A stretch of DNA of 64,000 bases from Patescibacteria group bacterium (GTDB lineage Bacteria; Patescibacteriota; Minisyncoccia; UBA6257; 02-FULL-45-10c): contig JAGWYA010000004.1 in NCBI GenBank assembly GCA_018969615.1, positions 9,922-73,921 on the forward strand, in the 5' to 3' direction. This document shows positions 8,953-17,870 of this stretch, piece by piece. The notes under the pieces were generated by a model. That model made no database searches. It was given only the letters and a program-made list of their open reading frames with translations, and was not told the origin of the DNA. Each line of letters opens with the position of its first letter. Position 1 is the stretch's first letter. Made by a program: the position numbers and the translations under genes.

Positions 8953-10047
8953 ATGGCAAAAGATTATTACAAAATATTAGGCGTCGAAAAGAATGCATCC
9001 GAGGAGGAGATCAAAAAAGCCTTCCGGAAATTGGCGCACCAGCACCATCCCGATAAGGAGGGCGGCAATGCGGAAAAGTTTAAGGAGGCAAACGAAGCCT
9101 ATCAGGTGCTTTCTGATAAACAGAAGCGCGCGCAGTATGATCGCTTCGGAAGCGCATTCGAAGGAAACCAGGGCTTCGGCGGCTTTGGCGCCGGCGGTGC
9201 GCAAGGATTTGATTTTTCCCAGTTCGGCGATCTGAATGACATCGGCGATATTTTTGAGACTTTTTTCGGCGGAGGCCATCCGGGCCAGGCGCGCGGAGGC
9301 CGGCGCGGACAACGCCGAGGATCGGATATTGAAGCATCGCGGACGATCACGCTCGAAGATGCGTTCCGCGGAACGACGCTTCGTTTACAATATGAAACAA
9401 TGGGATCGTGCGATGCCTGCAAAGGCGTCGGAAGCTTTAAGGAAGCCGGGATGACGAAATGTACCGAATGCGGCGGCAAGGGACAGGTGCGTGAGATGCG
9501 GCGGACGATCTTCGGCCAGTTCGCGCAGGTGCGCGAGTGCACAAAATGCAAAGGCACCGGCGAGATCCCAAATAAGATCTGTACAAAATGCTCCGGCACC
9601 GGCCGCGTGAGGACGCCGAAGGATGTGCAGGTTTCGATCATGCCGGGCATTGCCGACGGACAGGTGATCAAGGTTCCCGGCGCGGGAGAGGCCGGCGAGC
9701 GCGGGGCAGTTACGGGCGATCTCTATGTACGTATTCATGTGGCGCCGCATCATGCGTTCCAGCGCGTAGGTGATGACCTGATCGTCCGGAAAGATATGGA
9801 TATTTTGAAAGTGCTTGGCGGCCATAAAGTGGAGATCCCGACGATCGAGGGCGGGAAAATAAACGTTGAGATCCCGGTCGGGTTCAATCTGCGCGAAAAA
9901 ATGCGTATTCCGAAAGAAGGCATGCCGCATCTCGGTAGCAGCGGCCCATTCGGCTCCGCTCATGGCAGGCGCGGCGATCTGTATGTTGAATTCGATATCA
10001 AGGTGCCGAAGGTGAAAGGGGACCTGAAGAAGATGCTTGGGGAGTAG
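8953..10047 (+). CDS. dnaJ: Molecular chaperone DnaJ
   Basis: 364 aa. J-domain with HPD (HQHHPDKEG), a G/F-rich region, and four CxxCxGxG zinc-finger repeats. Confidence 0.95.
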   Translation: MAKDYYKILGVEKNASEEEIKKAFRKLAHQHHPDKEGGNAEKFKEANEAYQVLSDKQKRAQYDRFGSAFEGNQGFGGFGAGGAQGFDFSQFGDLNDIGDIFETFFGGGHPGQARGGRRGQRRGSDIEASRTITLEDAFRGTTLRLQYETMGSCDACKGVGSFKEAGMTKCTECGGKGQVREMRRTIFGQFAQVRECTKCKGTGEIPNKICTKCSGTGRVRTPKDVQVSIMPGIADGQVIKVPGAGEAGERGAVTGDLYVRIHVAPHHAFQRVGDDLIVRKDMDILKVLGGHKVEIPTIEGGKINVEIPVGFNLREKMRIPKEGMPHLGSSGPFGSAHGRRGDLYVEFDIKVPKVKGDLKKMLGE

Positions 10048-10117
10048 TTTTTCTTGCACGGTTTGGAAAAACGATATAGAGTGATCGTAGCTCATCGAGA
10101 TCGATCACAGAGGTTGC

Positions 10118-10621
10118 GTGAAGACAAAAAAGAATAAGCCCTATTTATCGCGCTTGGCGACAAAAAAGCTCCATACTTTAAGTTGGATATCCCTCGTTTG
10201 CGTTGTGGTTACGGTATTCCCGCTCGTTCCGCTTTTTCCCGCCCTAGTCACTCTTCATGGGCACCGAGTATATCTTTTATTTACGGGGCTTGTGAGTCTT
10301 GCTGCTGCTTCGGTCTTTTTTTTGGCAGCGGTGGACACGGCACTTAACATAAAAGAAAAAGTCCTTGCCCGCGGAGTTTTCGACCACGCGGAGTATCAGA
10401 AGCATTCGCGTCGTTCTCGTTCGGGGGCGATGGTCCATGCGACGCATACCGGCGTGGAGCGCCAGACCATTGTTCATTTGAAGGATGGACGTTGTTTTGT
10501 TCTTGGAGGTCATCAAGATGTCTTATTCTGCCAGGGAACGCCGATAAAGATCATGGAGAACGGCCATGGCCAGCGATCGATCGTTCAACTGAGACCGAGA
10601 AAATCCAAAAGCCGCGCATAG
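10118..10621 (+). CDS. Hypothetical membrane protein
   Basis: 167 aa with two predicted transmembrane helices. No recognisable family. Confidence 0.4.
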   Translation: MKTKKNKPYLSRLATKKLHTLSWISLVCVVVTVFPLVPLFPALVTLHGHRVYLLFTGLVSLAAASVFFLAAVDTALNIKEKVLARGVFDHAEYQKHSRRSRSGAMVHATHTGVERQTIVHLKDGRCFVLGGHQDVLFCQGTPIKIMENGHGQRSIVQLRPRKSKSRA

Positions 10622-10706
10622 CGGCTTTTTTATTTGCATGTAATATAAAGAATTTAAATACCACCATGCTACAGCAGAGCGGTATTTTACGTTTCATTTT
10701 ATTCTC

Positions 10707-10770
10707 CTAAAAACAAAACCTCTTTCACGCAGTGCCGGGTTCTTACACTGCTTCAAAGAGGTTTTGTTTT
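10707..10770. terminator. Long hairpin (about 25-bp stem: AAAACAAAACCTCTTTCACGCAGTG / CACTGCTTCAAAGAGGTTTTGTTTT) flanked by T/A runs. Bidirectional terminator between the 10118 gene and tRNA-Lys.
   Basis: Inverted repeat read directly. Confidence 0.5.
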
Positions 10771-10776
10771 ATTTTG

Positions 10777-10847
10777 TGCCCCCACTTGGAATCGAACCAA
10801 GGTCAACTGCTTAAAAGGCAGCTGCTTTACCATTAAGCTATGGGGGC
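10777..10847 (-). tRNA. tRNA-Lys(UUU): tRNA-Lys (anticodon UUU)
   Basis: Hand-folded cloverleaf on the minus strand: acceptor GCCCCCA/TGGGGGC, D-arm GCTT-AATGGTAA-AAGC, anticodon stem GCTGC/GCAGT with loop CTTTTAA, T-arm CTTGG-TTCGATT-CCAAG, discriminator A. CCA is not encoded. Confidence 0.8.
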
Positions 10848-10916
10848 ACTCTACAAACAACGTTAATCCCTGCTTTTATTTTCGATGAGCGAACCGATCG
10901 GTAGGCAACGCCTACT

Positions 10917-10952
10917 AAAGGCAGCTGCTTTACCATTAAGCTATGGGGGCAA
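10917..10952 (-). pseudogene. Partial duplicate of the tRNA-Lys 5' half (acceptor 5' strand through the start of the anticodon loop, 34 nt identical)
   Basis: GCCCCCATAGCTTAATGGTAAAGCAGCTGCCTTT is identical to nt 1-34 of the tRNA 103 bp away, then diverges. I could not fold a T-arm or acceptor 3' strand. Confidence 0.55.
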
Positions 10953-11046
10953 CTCCGATATAGTTAATCATATCACAGGCCTTTCTGTAAAGAATTTAGC
11001 CCCTTGCGAAGCGGCGGGGAATATGGTTATCTAATGTACAGGCAAT

Positions 11047-11078
11047 GGACGGCTGTTCGACCAGCCGTCTTTTGTTTT
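11047..11078 (+). terminator. Rho-independent terminator (GGACGGCTG ttcga CCAGCCGTC followed by TTTTGTTTT), plus strand only
   Basis: Hairpin plus T-run. There is no annotated plus-strand gene immediately upstream. Confidence 0.45.
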
Positions 11079-11157
11079 AAAAAAGCAAAAAATCCCTTGA
11101 AGTTTTAGTTTGGAAAAGCGTATAGTAAGCGTAGAACGTTGAATTGGAGAAGATGAG

Positions 11158-11499
11158 ATGGAGAGATTCCTTCTCGACGCTGCACAGCTGAGAAAGTACC
11201 TTCCGGCCCTTTCCGAATCGCAAAAGAATGCGATCAGAAACGGCAAGAAGATCAAGGTTGCTGAGGAACAGCGGGAGGGATGGACCGGAAAGCTTCCGTT
11301 CTATATTTTCTGGTGTCCTACCTGTGACAATTTCTCATACGATTACCCGCACGGTTTTATCGAAACACAGTACTTGACCTGCCATAAATGCTCTAAGCGG
11401 ATCGATTTCCGCCCTTGGTGGGTCGAGCTCGCGCAGCTCTGGGAGCTGATCAAGTGGATGTGCAGGCGAGACAAGAAAAACGCGGGAGGTGCGAAATGA
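11158..11499 (+). CDS. Hypothetical zinc-ribbon protein (CPTC...CHKC)
   Basis: 113 aa. A CxxC-N18-CxxC pattern. Its stop overlaps the next gene's start in an ATGA arrangement. Confidence 0.5.
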   Translation: MERFLLDAAQLRKYLPALSESQKNAIRNGKKIKVAEEQREGWTGKLPFYIFWCPTCDNFSYDYPHGFIETQYLTCHKCSKRIDFRPWWVELAQLWELIKWMCRRDKKNAGGAK

Positions 11500-11894
11500 G
11501 CCAGTCTCGTAAGAGCTTTCGTGATCATGTGGTCGTGACTCCGATCAAGGATATGCCGCGGCAGAAGCTTTTCAGTGTCCGTCGTTTGCTGACCTATAAT
11601 ACGGAAAAATATTTTTCTCGCGGAATGCTTGTTCCGGATCCTGAGGATCATTTGTCTGAGGCTCTTGAGCTTGCAAAGCGGCTTTTTGAGCATAACGGCG
11701 TCCAATCGATACTGGTGTCGCAATATGACATTTATGTTACGATCGGCCGCGCATTTGATTGGAAGCTCGACCATCTTGAGTCAGCGGTTCTTTCTACGAT
11801 CAAGAAATACTTTGAAGATTTTTATGATGCGTTGGAAGACGCTTCAGACCTGCTTGAAAAGCGATCGAAAAAGAAGAAGGGAAAATCTCCTTAA
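11496..11894 (+). CDS. Hypothetical protein, translationally coupled to the preceding gene
   Basis: 132 aa starting at the ATG at 11496. GGGAGG ribosome-binding site upstream. No recognisable family. Confidence 0.5.
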   Translation: MSQSRKSFRDHVVVTPIKDMPRQKLFSVRRLLTYNTEKYFSRGMLVPDPEDHLSEALELAKRLFEHNGVQSILVSQYDIYVTIGRAFDWKLDHLESAVLSTIKKYFEDFYDALEDASDLLEKRSKKKKGKSP

Positions 11895-11935
11895 ATATTG
11901 CAATAACTCCCAAAGGGAGTTATTTTTATTTTTAT

Positions 11936-12607
11936 ATGAATAAAGAACTTATCAAATGGATCGTGAGCGCGGTGGCGCTTGTGGGGTTGTTCGGAGGAGC
12001 GTATTATTTCAGTACGAGCAGTAGCGGACAGGCATTGCAGAACAGCCTGACCGGTGCGGCATCGAATACTTCTATGGCTCAAGCAACTTCAACGCCGGTC
12101 GCGATGGATAACCCGACCGATCCGACGGTTACTCTGGTTACGAACTTCGGCGACATCAAGATGGAACTGTTTCCGAGTGATGCGCCTTTGGCCGTCGCAA
12201 ACTTCCTAAAGCTCGCCAAGAGCGGCTTCTATGACGGCACGAAATTCCACCGGGTGATCAAAGGATTTATGATCCAGGGCGGGGACCCGCTCAGTAAGGA
12301 TGAGACCCTTCAGGCTCGCTGGGGCACTGGCGGCCCGGGATATTCGTTTAACGATGAATTGAACCCGAGCACGAAGTCCTACCAGCGCGGATACGTGCGC
12401 GGAACGCTTGCGATGGCAAATGCGGGACCGAACACGAACGGCAGCCAGTTCTTCATTATGCACCAGGATACACCGCTTCAGCCTCTCTATACGATCTTCG
12501 GAAAAGTACTGAGCGGGATGGATGCGGTGGATGCGATCGCGAACCTTCCGGTGAATTCGAACGACCGTCCGCTCCAGGATGCAACGGTTGAGAAGGTTGA
12601 ACTCTAA
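11936..12607 (+). CDS. Peptidyl-prolyl cis-trans isomerase, cyclophilin type, with an N-terminal membrane anchor
   Basis: 223 aa. Cyclophilin core motifs FHRVIKGFMIQGGDP and NGSQFFI. N-terminal transmembrane helix. Confidence 0.85.
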   Translation: MNKELIKWIVSAVALVGLFGGAYYFSTSSSGQALQNSLTGAASNTSMAQATSTPVAMDNPTDPTVTLVTNFGDIKMELFPSDAPLAVANFLKLAKSGFYDGTKFHRVIKGFMIQGGDPLSKDETLQARWGTGGPGYSFNDELNPSTKSYQRGYVRGTLAMANAGPNTNGSQFFIMHQDTPLQPLYTIFGKVLSGMDAVDAIANLPVNSNDRPLQDATVEKVEL

Positions 12608-12632
12608 TTTACTTTGTAGTACACTATTGCTC

Positions 12633-13898
12633 ATGCGTTCGAAATCAATTTTATTACTGACAGCGGTAACCCTTCTTGCAGTTGCGGGCGGCGTATTTGT
12701 GTATCCGCAGGGGAACTTCGCCAAGACCTATTTGCCGTGGAAGCTCGGCCTTGATCTGGTCGGCGGCACGCAGCTTATCTATCAGATGGACATGACGAAC
12801 ATCGCTCCGGCCGAGCAGGATTCTGTTGCGGCGGGTCTGCGGGATGTGATCGAGAAGCGCGTGAACTTGTTCGGCGTGAACGAACCGACCGTTGAAACGC
12901 TTAAGAACGGCGATTCATATCGTTTGCTGGTTGAGCTTGCGGGCGTGAAGGATATCCATCAGGCCATTCAAATGATCGGCCAGACGCCGTCTTTGGTGTT
13001 CAGCGAAGAAAGCAGCACGACCCCGGCGGCCGCAGCGACCTCGAGCCAGTCGGTCCAGTTCGTTCCGACCGAATTGAACGGCCGGTATGTTGAGGGCGCT
13101 CAATTGACCTTCGATCCGACCACGGGCACTCCACAGATCTCCCTGCAATTCAACGATCAAGGCGCCAAGCTTTTTGAAGCGATCACGAGCCGGAATGTCG
13201 GGAAACCACTCGGCGTCTTCTTGGATGGAAGCCTGCTGACCGCTCCGGTCGTTCAGGAAACGATCACCGGCGGCAAGGCGCAGATCACCGGCCAGTTCAC
13301 GATCTCGTCCGCGCAGCAGCTCGTCCAGCGTTTCAATGCAGGCGCATTGCCGGCACCGATCACGCTCATCAATCAGCAGACCATCGGCGCATCGCTCGGT
13401 CAGGATTCGCTCGATAAGATGGTCATGGCGGGTATCTGGGGGACCCTCGCCGTCATGCTGTTCATGGTTTTGTACTATCATCTCCTCGGTCTTTTCGCGG
13501 TTGTCGCGCTCATTATGTACGTGATCTTCGCCATGGCGGTCTTCAAGCTGTTCTCGGTCACGATGAGCCTTGCGGGTATCGCCGGTTTCATTCTTTCCAT
13601 CGGTATGGCCGTTGATGCGAACATTCTTATCTTCGAGCGCACGAAAGAAGAACTGAAGAAAGGTCTTTCGCGCCACGCGGCGATCGCTGCCGGTTTTGAC
13701 CGTGCCTGGACATCCATCCGCGATTCGAACTTTACGACGATCTTGACCTCGATCATTCTCTTCTACACGACCTCGAGCTTTGTGAAGGGCTTCGCGCTGA
13801 CGCTTCTTATCGGTGTCGTGGTCAGCATGTTCAGCGCCATTACGATCACGAGAACTTTATTGCAGGTGTTCCTCCGGGATAAGAAAGATACTAAATAA
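12633..13898 (+). CDS. secD: Protein translocase subunit SecD
   Basis: About 421 aa from the ATG at 12633. N-terminal transmembrane helix, a periplasmic domain, and a C-terminal 6-TM SecD/SecF block. Immediately followed by secF. Confidence 0.9.
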   Translation: MRSKSILLLTAVTLLAVAGGVFVYPQGNFAKTYLPWKLGLDLVGGTQLIYQMDMTNIAPAEQDSVAAGLRDVIEKRVNLFGVNEPTVETLKNGDSYRLLVELAGVKDIHQAIQMIGQTPSLVFSEESSTTPAAAATSSQSVQFVPTELNGRYVEGAQLTFDPTTGTPQISLQFNDQGAKLFEAITSRNVGKPLGVFLDGSLLTAPVVQETITGGKAQITGQFTISSAQQLVQRFNAGALPAPITLINQQTIGASLGQDSLDKMVMAGIWGTLAVMLFMVLYYHLLGLFAVVALIMYVIFAMAVFKLFSVTMSLAGIAGFILSIGMAVDANILIFERTKEELKKGLSRHAAIAAGFDRAWTSIRDSNFTTILTSIILFYTTSSFVKGFALTLLIGVVVSMFSAITITRTLLQVFLRDKKDTK

Positions 13899-13909
13899 CC
13901 CCTACTATT

Positions 13910-14800
13910 ATGGACGTCATTAAATATAAATTCGTATTCATCGGTTTCTCCACGATCCTGACCCTGGCTGCCGTCGCGAGCATGATCGGGTTCGGCTATA
14001 AGCAGGGGATCGATTTTGCGGGAGGGACCCTGTGGCAGATCCAATTCGCCCAGACCGGCGCCACTGCTCCGGCGGTGCAGGATTTCCTTACGAAGCAAAA
14101 CTTGGACGGCGTGACCGTGCGTCCTGAGGGAGATCAGAACGCGTTCTCGATCCAGACCCAGCAGTTATCCGAAGATCAGCATGTTGCGCTTGCGTCCGAG
14201 ATCCAGCAGCAGTTCGGTTCGTTCACCGAGCTGAGCTTCTCAAGCGTCGGCCCGTCGATCGGTTCCGAACTGCGCAACGGTGCGATCACCGCATTCCTTC
14301 TGGTATTGCTTGGTATCTCCCTGTATGTCGCTTTCGCATTCCGCAAAGTCTCATATCCGGTGAATTCATGGAAATACGGCATTGCGACGCTGATCACGCT
14401 GTTCCATGACGCTTTGATCCCTGCCGGCGCGTTCGCGTTCTGGGGCTGGCGATACGGCGTGGAGATCGATACGAACTTTATCGTGGCACTGCTGGTCGTG
14501 ATGGGCTTTTCGGTCCATGACACGATCGTGGTGTTCGACCGTATCCGCGAAAATCTGCTCTTGGCGAAGAATAAGAACGATCTTGCCGGGATCATTAACA
14601 TCAGTATTAAACAGACCTTTGCCCGTTCGGTGAACACTTCGTTGACCCTGATGATCGTCTTGGTCGCCTTGTATCTCTTCGGCGCGACCTCTTTGAGCTG
14701 GTTTACGCTTATGATGCTGGTCGGAACGCTGACCGGAACCTACTCCTCGATCTTTGTGGCAAGCCCGATGCTGACCTTCTTCCATAAGGACGTGAAATAA
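13910..14800 (+). CDS. secF: Protein translocase subunit SecF
   Basis: 296 aa. SecF topology and conserved C-terminal transmembrane block. Confidence 0.9.
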   Translation: MDVIKYKFVFIGFSTILTLAAVASMIGFGYKQGIDFAGGTLWQIQFAQTGATAPAVQDFLTKQNLDGVTVRPEGDQNAFSIQTQQLSEDQHVALASEIQQQFGSFTELSFSSVGPSIGSELRNGAITAFLLVLLGISLYVAFAFRKVSYPVNSWKYGIATLITLFHDALIPAGAFAFWGWRYGVEIDTNFIVALLVVMGFSVHDTIVVFDRIRENLLLAKNKNDLAGIINISIKQTFARSVNTSLTLMIVLVALYLFGATSLSWFTLMMLVGTLTGTYSSIFVASPMLTFFHKDVK

Positions 14801-14812
14801 CCATACGGCAAT

Positions 14813-14843
14813 AAAAAGATCCCCGAACGGGGATCTTTTTATT
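14813..14843. terminator. Bidirectional terminator (AAAAAGATCCCCGAACGGGGATCTTTTT) between secF and efp
   Basis: Perfect palindrome with flanking A/T runs. Confidence 0.6.
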
Positions 14844-14855
14844 GCGAGACGGAAA

Positions 14856-15428
14856 TTATTTCGCCTTCTCGACGCGCTCTACGTATGCGCCGGTCTGGGT
14901 GTTCACGCGGATAATGTCGTCGTTGTTCACAAAGAGGGGAACTTGGACGACGACGCCGGTCTCGAGCGTCGCGGCTTTCGTGCCGCCCTGCGCGGTGTTC
15001 CCGCGTTCGCCCGGAGGTGTTTCCTTGACCTTCAGGTCCATTTTAACGGGGAGTCTCAGACCGATGATCTGATCATCAAGCTTTACGGCGGTGACGTCAG
15101 CGTTCTGTTTTAAGAACTGTGCGCCGGTTCCCACCTTTGCTTCTTCCATAGAGAAACGCGTTGCCGGCTTTCCTTTCTCGCAGAACCAGTATTGTCCGCG
15201 GTTCGCATAGAGGAAGGTCAGTTCCTGTGGTTCGAGCTCGATCGATTCGAGCGCTTCGTTCTGATGGAACGTATGCTCCACCACCTGCCCGGTCAGCAGG
15301 TTCTTTAATTTTGTTTTTGCAACCGGCTTACGCTGCTGCATGCGCAGGAAAGCGTACTCAAGTACTTCATAGGGCGTACCTTCGAACTTGAAGACCGTCC
15401 CGATCTTTAATTCGTTATAACTTAACAT
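14856..15428 (-). CDS. efp: Elongation factor P
   Basis: 190 aa. EF-P signature (MLSYNELKIGTVFKFEGTPYEVLEY...). The listed 386-aa ORF is an upstream in-frame extension that overlaps mnmA on the other strand. Confidence 0.9.
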   Translation of the reverse strand: MLSYNELKIGTVFKFEGTPYEVLEYAFLRMQQRKPVAKTKLKNLLTGQVVEHTFHQNEALESIELEPQELTFLYANRGQYWFCEKGKPATRFSMEEAKVGTGAQFLKQNADVTAVKLDDQIIGLRLPVKMDLKVKETPPGERGNTAQGGTKAATLETGVVVQVPLFVNNDDIIRVNTQTGAYVERVEKAK

Positions 15429-15521
15429 GTTTGATAGTATATCGCGCGAAACGATCTTTTTCAAGGGTAAAAACGCGGAAGGATTGTCAAAAGAGGGCGA
15501 ACTTTGTATAGTATCGAGGTC

Positions 15522-16793
15522 ATGGCAAAAAAAACGAGGAAAAAAGTATTCGTTGGCATGTCCGGTGGAGTGGACAGTTCCGTTGCCGCGGCGCTTCTGA
15601 AAGAGCGCGGTTTTGACGTGGTCGGCGTGCATTTGAAGTGCTACAACGTGGACGGCTGTGCCGAGCAGGATGCGGAAGACGCACGCCGGGCCGCGGAAAC
15701 GCTGGGGATCCCGTTCTATGTGTTGGATATGGAGCAGGAATATAAGGACCGGGTCGTACAATATATGGTGGACGGTTATCGAAAAGGGATCACGCCGAAC
15801 CCCGATGTCATGTGCAATAAAGAGATCAAATTCGGGCTTTTCCTTGAGAAGGCGCTGGCAATGGGCGCGGACTATATCGCGACCGGGCATTATGTACGGC
15901 TCAGAAAAGTTCGAGATGCTGGAAATGTTCAAGATGTTGTAACTGATGGAAGCAAGCGAACGGCAGCGAGTGATAGAGCAACTAGAACACTTGGAACGAG
16001 CGAAGCGATAGAACAAGCAGGGCGGTTGAACAAGCGAAGTGATCCATCATTCGAACTTCAGATCGCGCGCGATCTGAATAAGGACCAGTCTTATTTTTTG
16101 TGGACGCTTACTCAAAAGCAGCTCCGGCATGCGTTGTTTCCGGTCGGTGATATGACGAAGCCCGAGGTGCGCAAGCTTGCACGGAAATATAAGCTGCCGA
16201 ACGCGGAGAAGAAGGATTCGCAGGGGATCTGTTTCCTCGGACAGGTGACACTGAAGGATTTTTTGGCCGAGTATATTCCGCAAAAGAAGGGCGTGGTGGT
16301 GAATACGGCCGGTGAAGTGATCGGTGAGCATACCGGAGCTTATTTTTATACGATCGGCCAGCGGGGAGGCTTAGGGATCGGCGGGCATGCGAAGCCGTAT
16401 TATATCGCTGAAAAGGATGTGAAAGAGAATGCGCTTCTGGTCGCGGAGGAGGGGGACCCGGCGCTGTACCGGAAGGAGGTGCGATTAACGAATGTGAATT
16501 TCATCACTGCGCGCCCGGTGCAGGCGCGGACGTCGGTATGGGTGCGCGTGCGATATCGCCAGCCGCTGTTTAAGGCGACTCTCGTTGTTCAAAATGCTGG
16601 AAATGTTCAAGATGTTGTAAATGATAAGAGCGCTAAAAATAGACAAGCCAGCCGATCGAACAAGCGAAGCAGTAGAACAGCTATCACTTATACACTTGTG
16701 TTTGATAAGCCGCAGAAATTCGTCGCGACCGGACAGTCGGCGGTGTGGTATTCGAAAAAAGGTAGAATGCTCGGCGGCGGGGTTATTTTCTAA
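15522..16793 (+). CDS. mnmA: tRNA-specific 2-thiouridylase MnmA, carrying two in-frame insertions of a short repeat element
   Basis: PP-loop SGGVDSS, catalytic-region motifs and the C-terminal GQSAVWY motif. About 55-60 residues longer than typical MnmA because of inserts at about aa 132-175 and 358-387. Start taken as the ATG at 15522; the listed ORF begins at a TTG at 15504. Confidence 0.9.
   Translation: MAKKTRKKVFVGMSGGVDSSVAAALLKERGFDVVGVHLKCYNVDGCAEQDAEDARRAAETLGIPFYVLDMEQEYKDRVVQYMVDGYRKGITPNPDVMCNKEIKFGLFLEKALAMGADYIATGHYVRLRKVRDAGNVQDVVTDGSKRTAASDRATRTLGTSEAIEQAGRLNKRSDPSFELQIARDLNKDQSYFLWTLTQKQLRHALFPVGDMTKPEVRKLARKYKLPNAEKKDSQGICFLGQVTLKDFLAEYIPQKKGVVVNTAGEVIGEHTGAYFYTIGQRGGLGIGGHAKPYYIAEKDVKENALLVAEEGDPALYRKEVRLTNVNFITARPVQARTSVWVRVRYRQPLFKATLVVQNAGNVQDVVNDKSAKNRQASRSNKRSSRTAITYTLVFDKPQKFVATGQSAVWYSKKGRMLGGGVIF
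15915..16044. repeat. Repeat element copy A, inserted in-frame in mnmA (modules ATGTTCAAGATGTTGTAACTGA and GAACRAGCGAAGYGATAGAACA, the latter reiterated)
   Basis: A lower-GC insertion. 26 bp (TGCTGGAAATGTTCAAGATGTTGTAA) are identical to copy B. Encodes AGNVQDVVTD... Absent from canonical MnmA. Confidence 0.7.
16593..16681. repeat. Repeat element copy B, inserted in-frame near the 3' end of mnmA
   Basis: Same 26-bp core plus CGAACAAGCGAAGCAGTAGAACAG. Encodes AGNVQDVVND... Confidence 0.7.
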
Positions 16794-16797
16794 GTAT

Positions 16798-17802
16798 ATG
16801 GTAAGCGGATTTTGGAAAAAGATCGCGGCCCGGGCGAAGAAAGAGAAGCGCCCGATCATGGTTGCAGCGCCGATGGCGAACGTCACCGATGCGGCGTTCC
16901 GGAGGATGCTCGCCAAATACGGAAAGCGCTCCATCCGGAGGAAGGGGTATCTTGATGCATTGTGGACCGAATTCGTTTCGTGTGAGGGGCTTTGTTCGCC
17001 GGGGCGCGATGTTTTGCTGCAGGACCTTATGTATGACCGGTCCGAACGGCCGATCGTCGCCCAGTTCTTCGGTGCGAAGCCTGAACATTTTTATGAATCC
17101 GCCCGTCTGGCGCAGAAGCTTGGTTTTGACGGCATCGATATCAATATGGGATGCCCCGATAAGAACGTCATCCGGCAGGGCGCCGGCGTCGGACTGATCA
17201 GAACCCCCGAACTTGCGCAGGAGATCATCCGCGCGACGATGCGGGGCGCCGGAAAGCTTCCGGTCTCGGTGAAGACCCGCATCGGATTCAATTCGCCTGA
17301 TCTGAAGAATTGGCTGTCGGTCCTTTTGGAGACTGACCCCGCCGCGATCATTATCCATGGCCGCACGAAAAAAGAGATGTCCCTGGTGCCGGCGCATTGG
17401 GATATCATCGGCGAGGCGGTGGAGATCAGGAACGCATCCGGCAAGGATGTGCTTGTCCTGGGAAACGGGGATGTTTCAAGCCTGGAGGATGCACAGAAAA
17501 AATATGAGACCTATGGCGTTGACGGCGTTATGATCGGTCGGGCGATGTTCGGCACTCCTGACTTTTTTGCTCCCAACAAAAAACCGGCAACGCTGAAGCG
17601 GAATTTGAAGCTTGCGCTGGAGCACACGCTTCTTTTTGAGAAACTCTTCAAAGGAGAGAAACATTTTGACATCATGAAAAAGCATTACCGGTCCTATGTT
17701 GCGGGGCTTGAGAACGCGAAAGCCATGCGTTTTGAACTGATGAATCTGAAAAGCCTGGATGCGGCCAAGAAGACATTGAAAAAGCTGATCGCAGAAGCAT
17801 AG
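16798..17802 (+). CDS. dus: tRNA-dihydrouridine synthase
   Basis: About 334 aa from the ATG at 16798. Dus TIM-barrel motifs (MVAAPMANVTDAAFR, INMGCP, catalytic Cys). Confidence 0.85.
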   Translation: MVSGFWKKIAARAKKEKRPIMVAAPMANVTDAAFRRMLAKYGKRSIRRKGYLDALWTEFVSCEGLCSPGRDVLLQDLMYDRSERPIVAQFFGAKPEHFYESARLAQKLGFDGIDINMGCPDKNVIRQGAGVGLIRTPELAQEIIRATMRGAGKLPVSVKTRIGFNSPDLKNWLSVLLETDPAAIIIHGRTKKEMSLVPAHWDIIGEAVEIRNASGKDVLVLGNGDVSSLEDAQKKYETYGVDGVMIGRAMFGTPDFFAPNKKPATLKRNLKLALEHTLLFEKLFKGEKHFDIMKKHYRSYVAGLENAKAMRFELMNLKSLDAAKKTLKKLIAEA

Positions 17803-17835
17803 ACGTCTTGAGGAGGGTGAGGGATAGTATCGCTT

Positions 17836-17870
17836 GACAATAGGGGTAAACTATGCTTAAATTACACCAT
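17836..17870 (+). promoter_or_regulatory. Putative sigma70 promoter (-35 TTGACA, 17-bp spacer, -10 TTAAAT) for the downstream ncRNA candidate
   Basis: Hexamers read directly. The -35 is a perfect consensus. Confidence 0.45.

Noticed and set aside
10917-10952. Second full tRNA sharing its 5' half with tRNA-Lys
   Set aside because: After the shared 34 nt, no anticodon-stem complement, T-arm or acceptor 3' strand could be found.
14856-16016. 386-aa minus-strand ORF
   Set aside because: Only the 3' 573 nt encode EF-P, with the start at the ATG at 15428. The upstream extension overlaps mnmA on the plus strand and has no homology.
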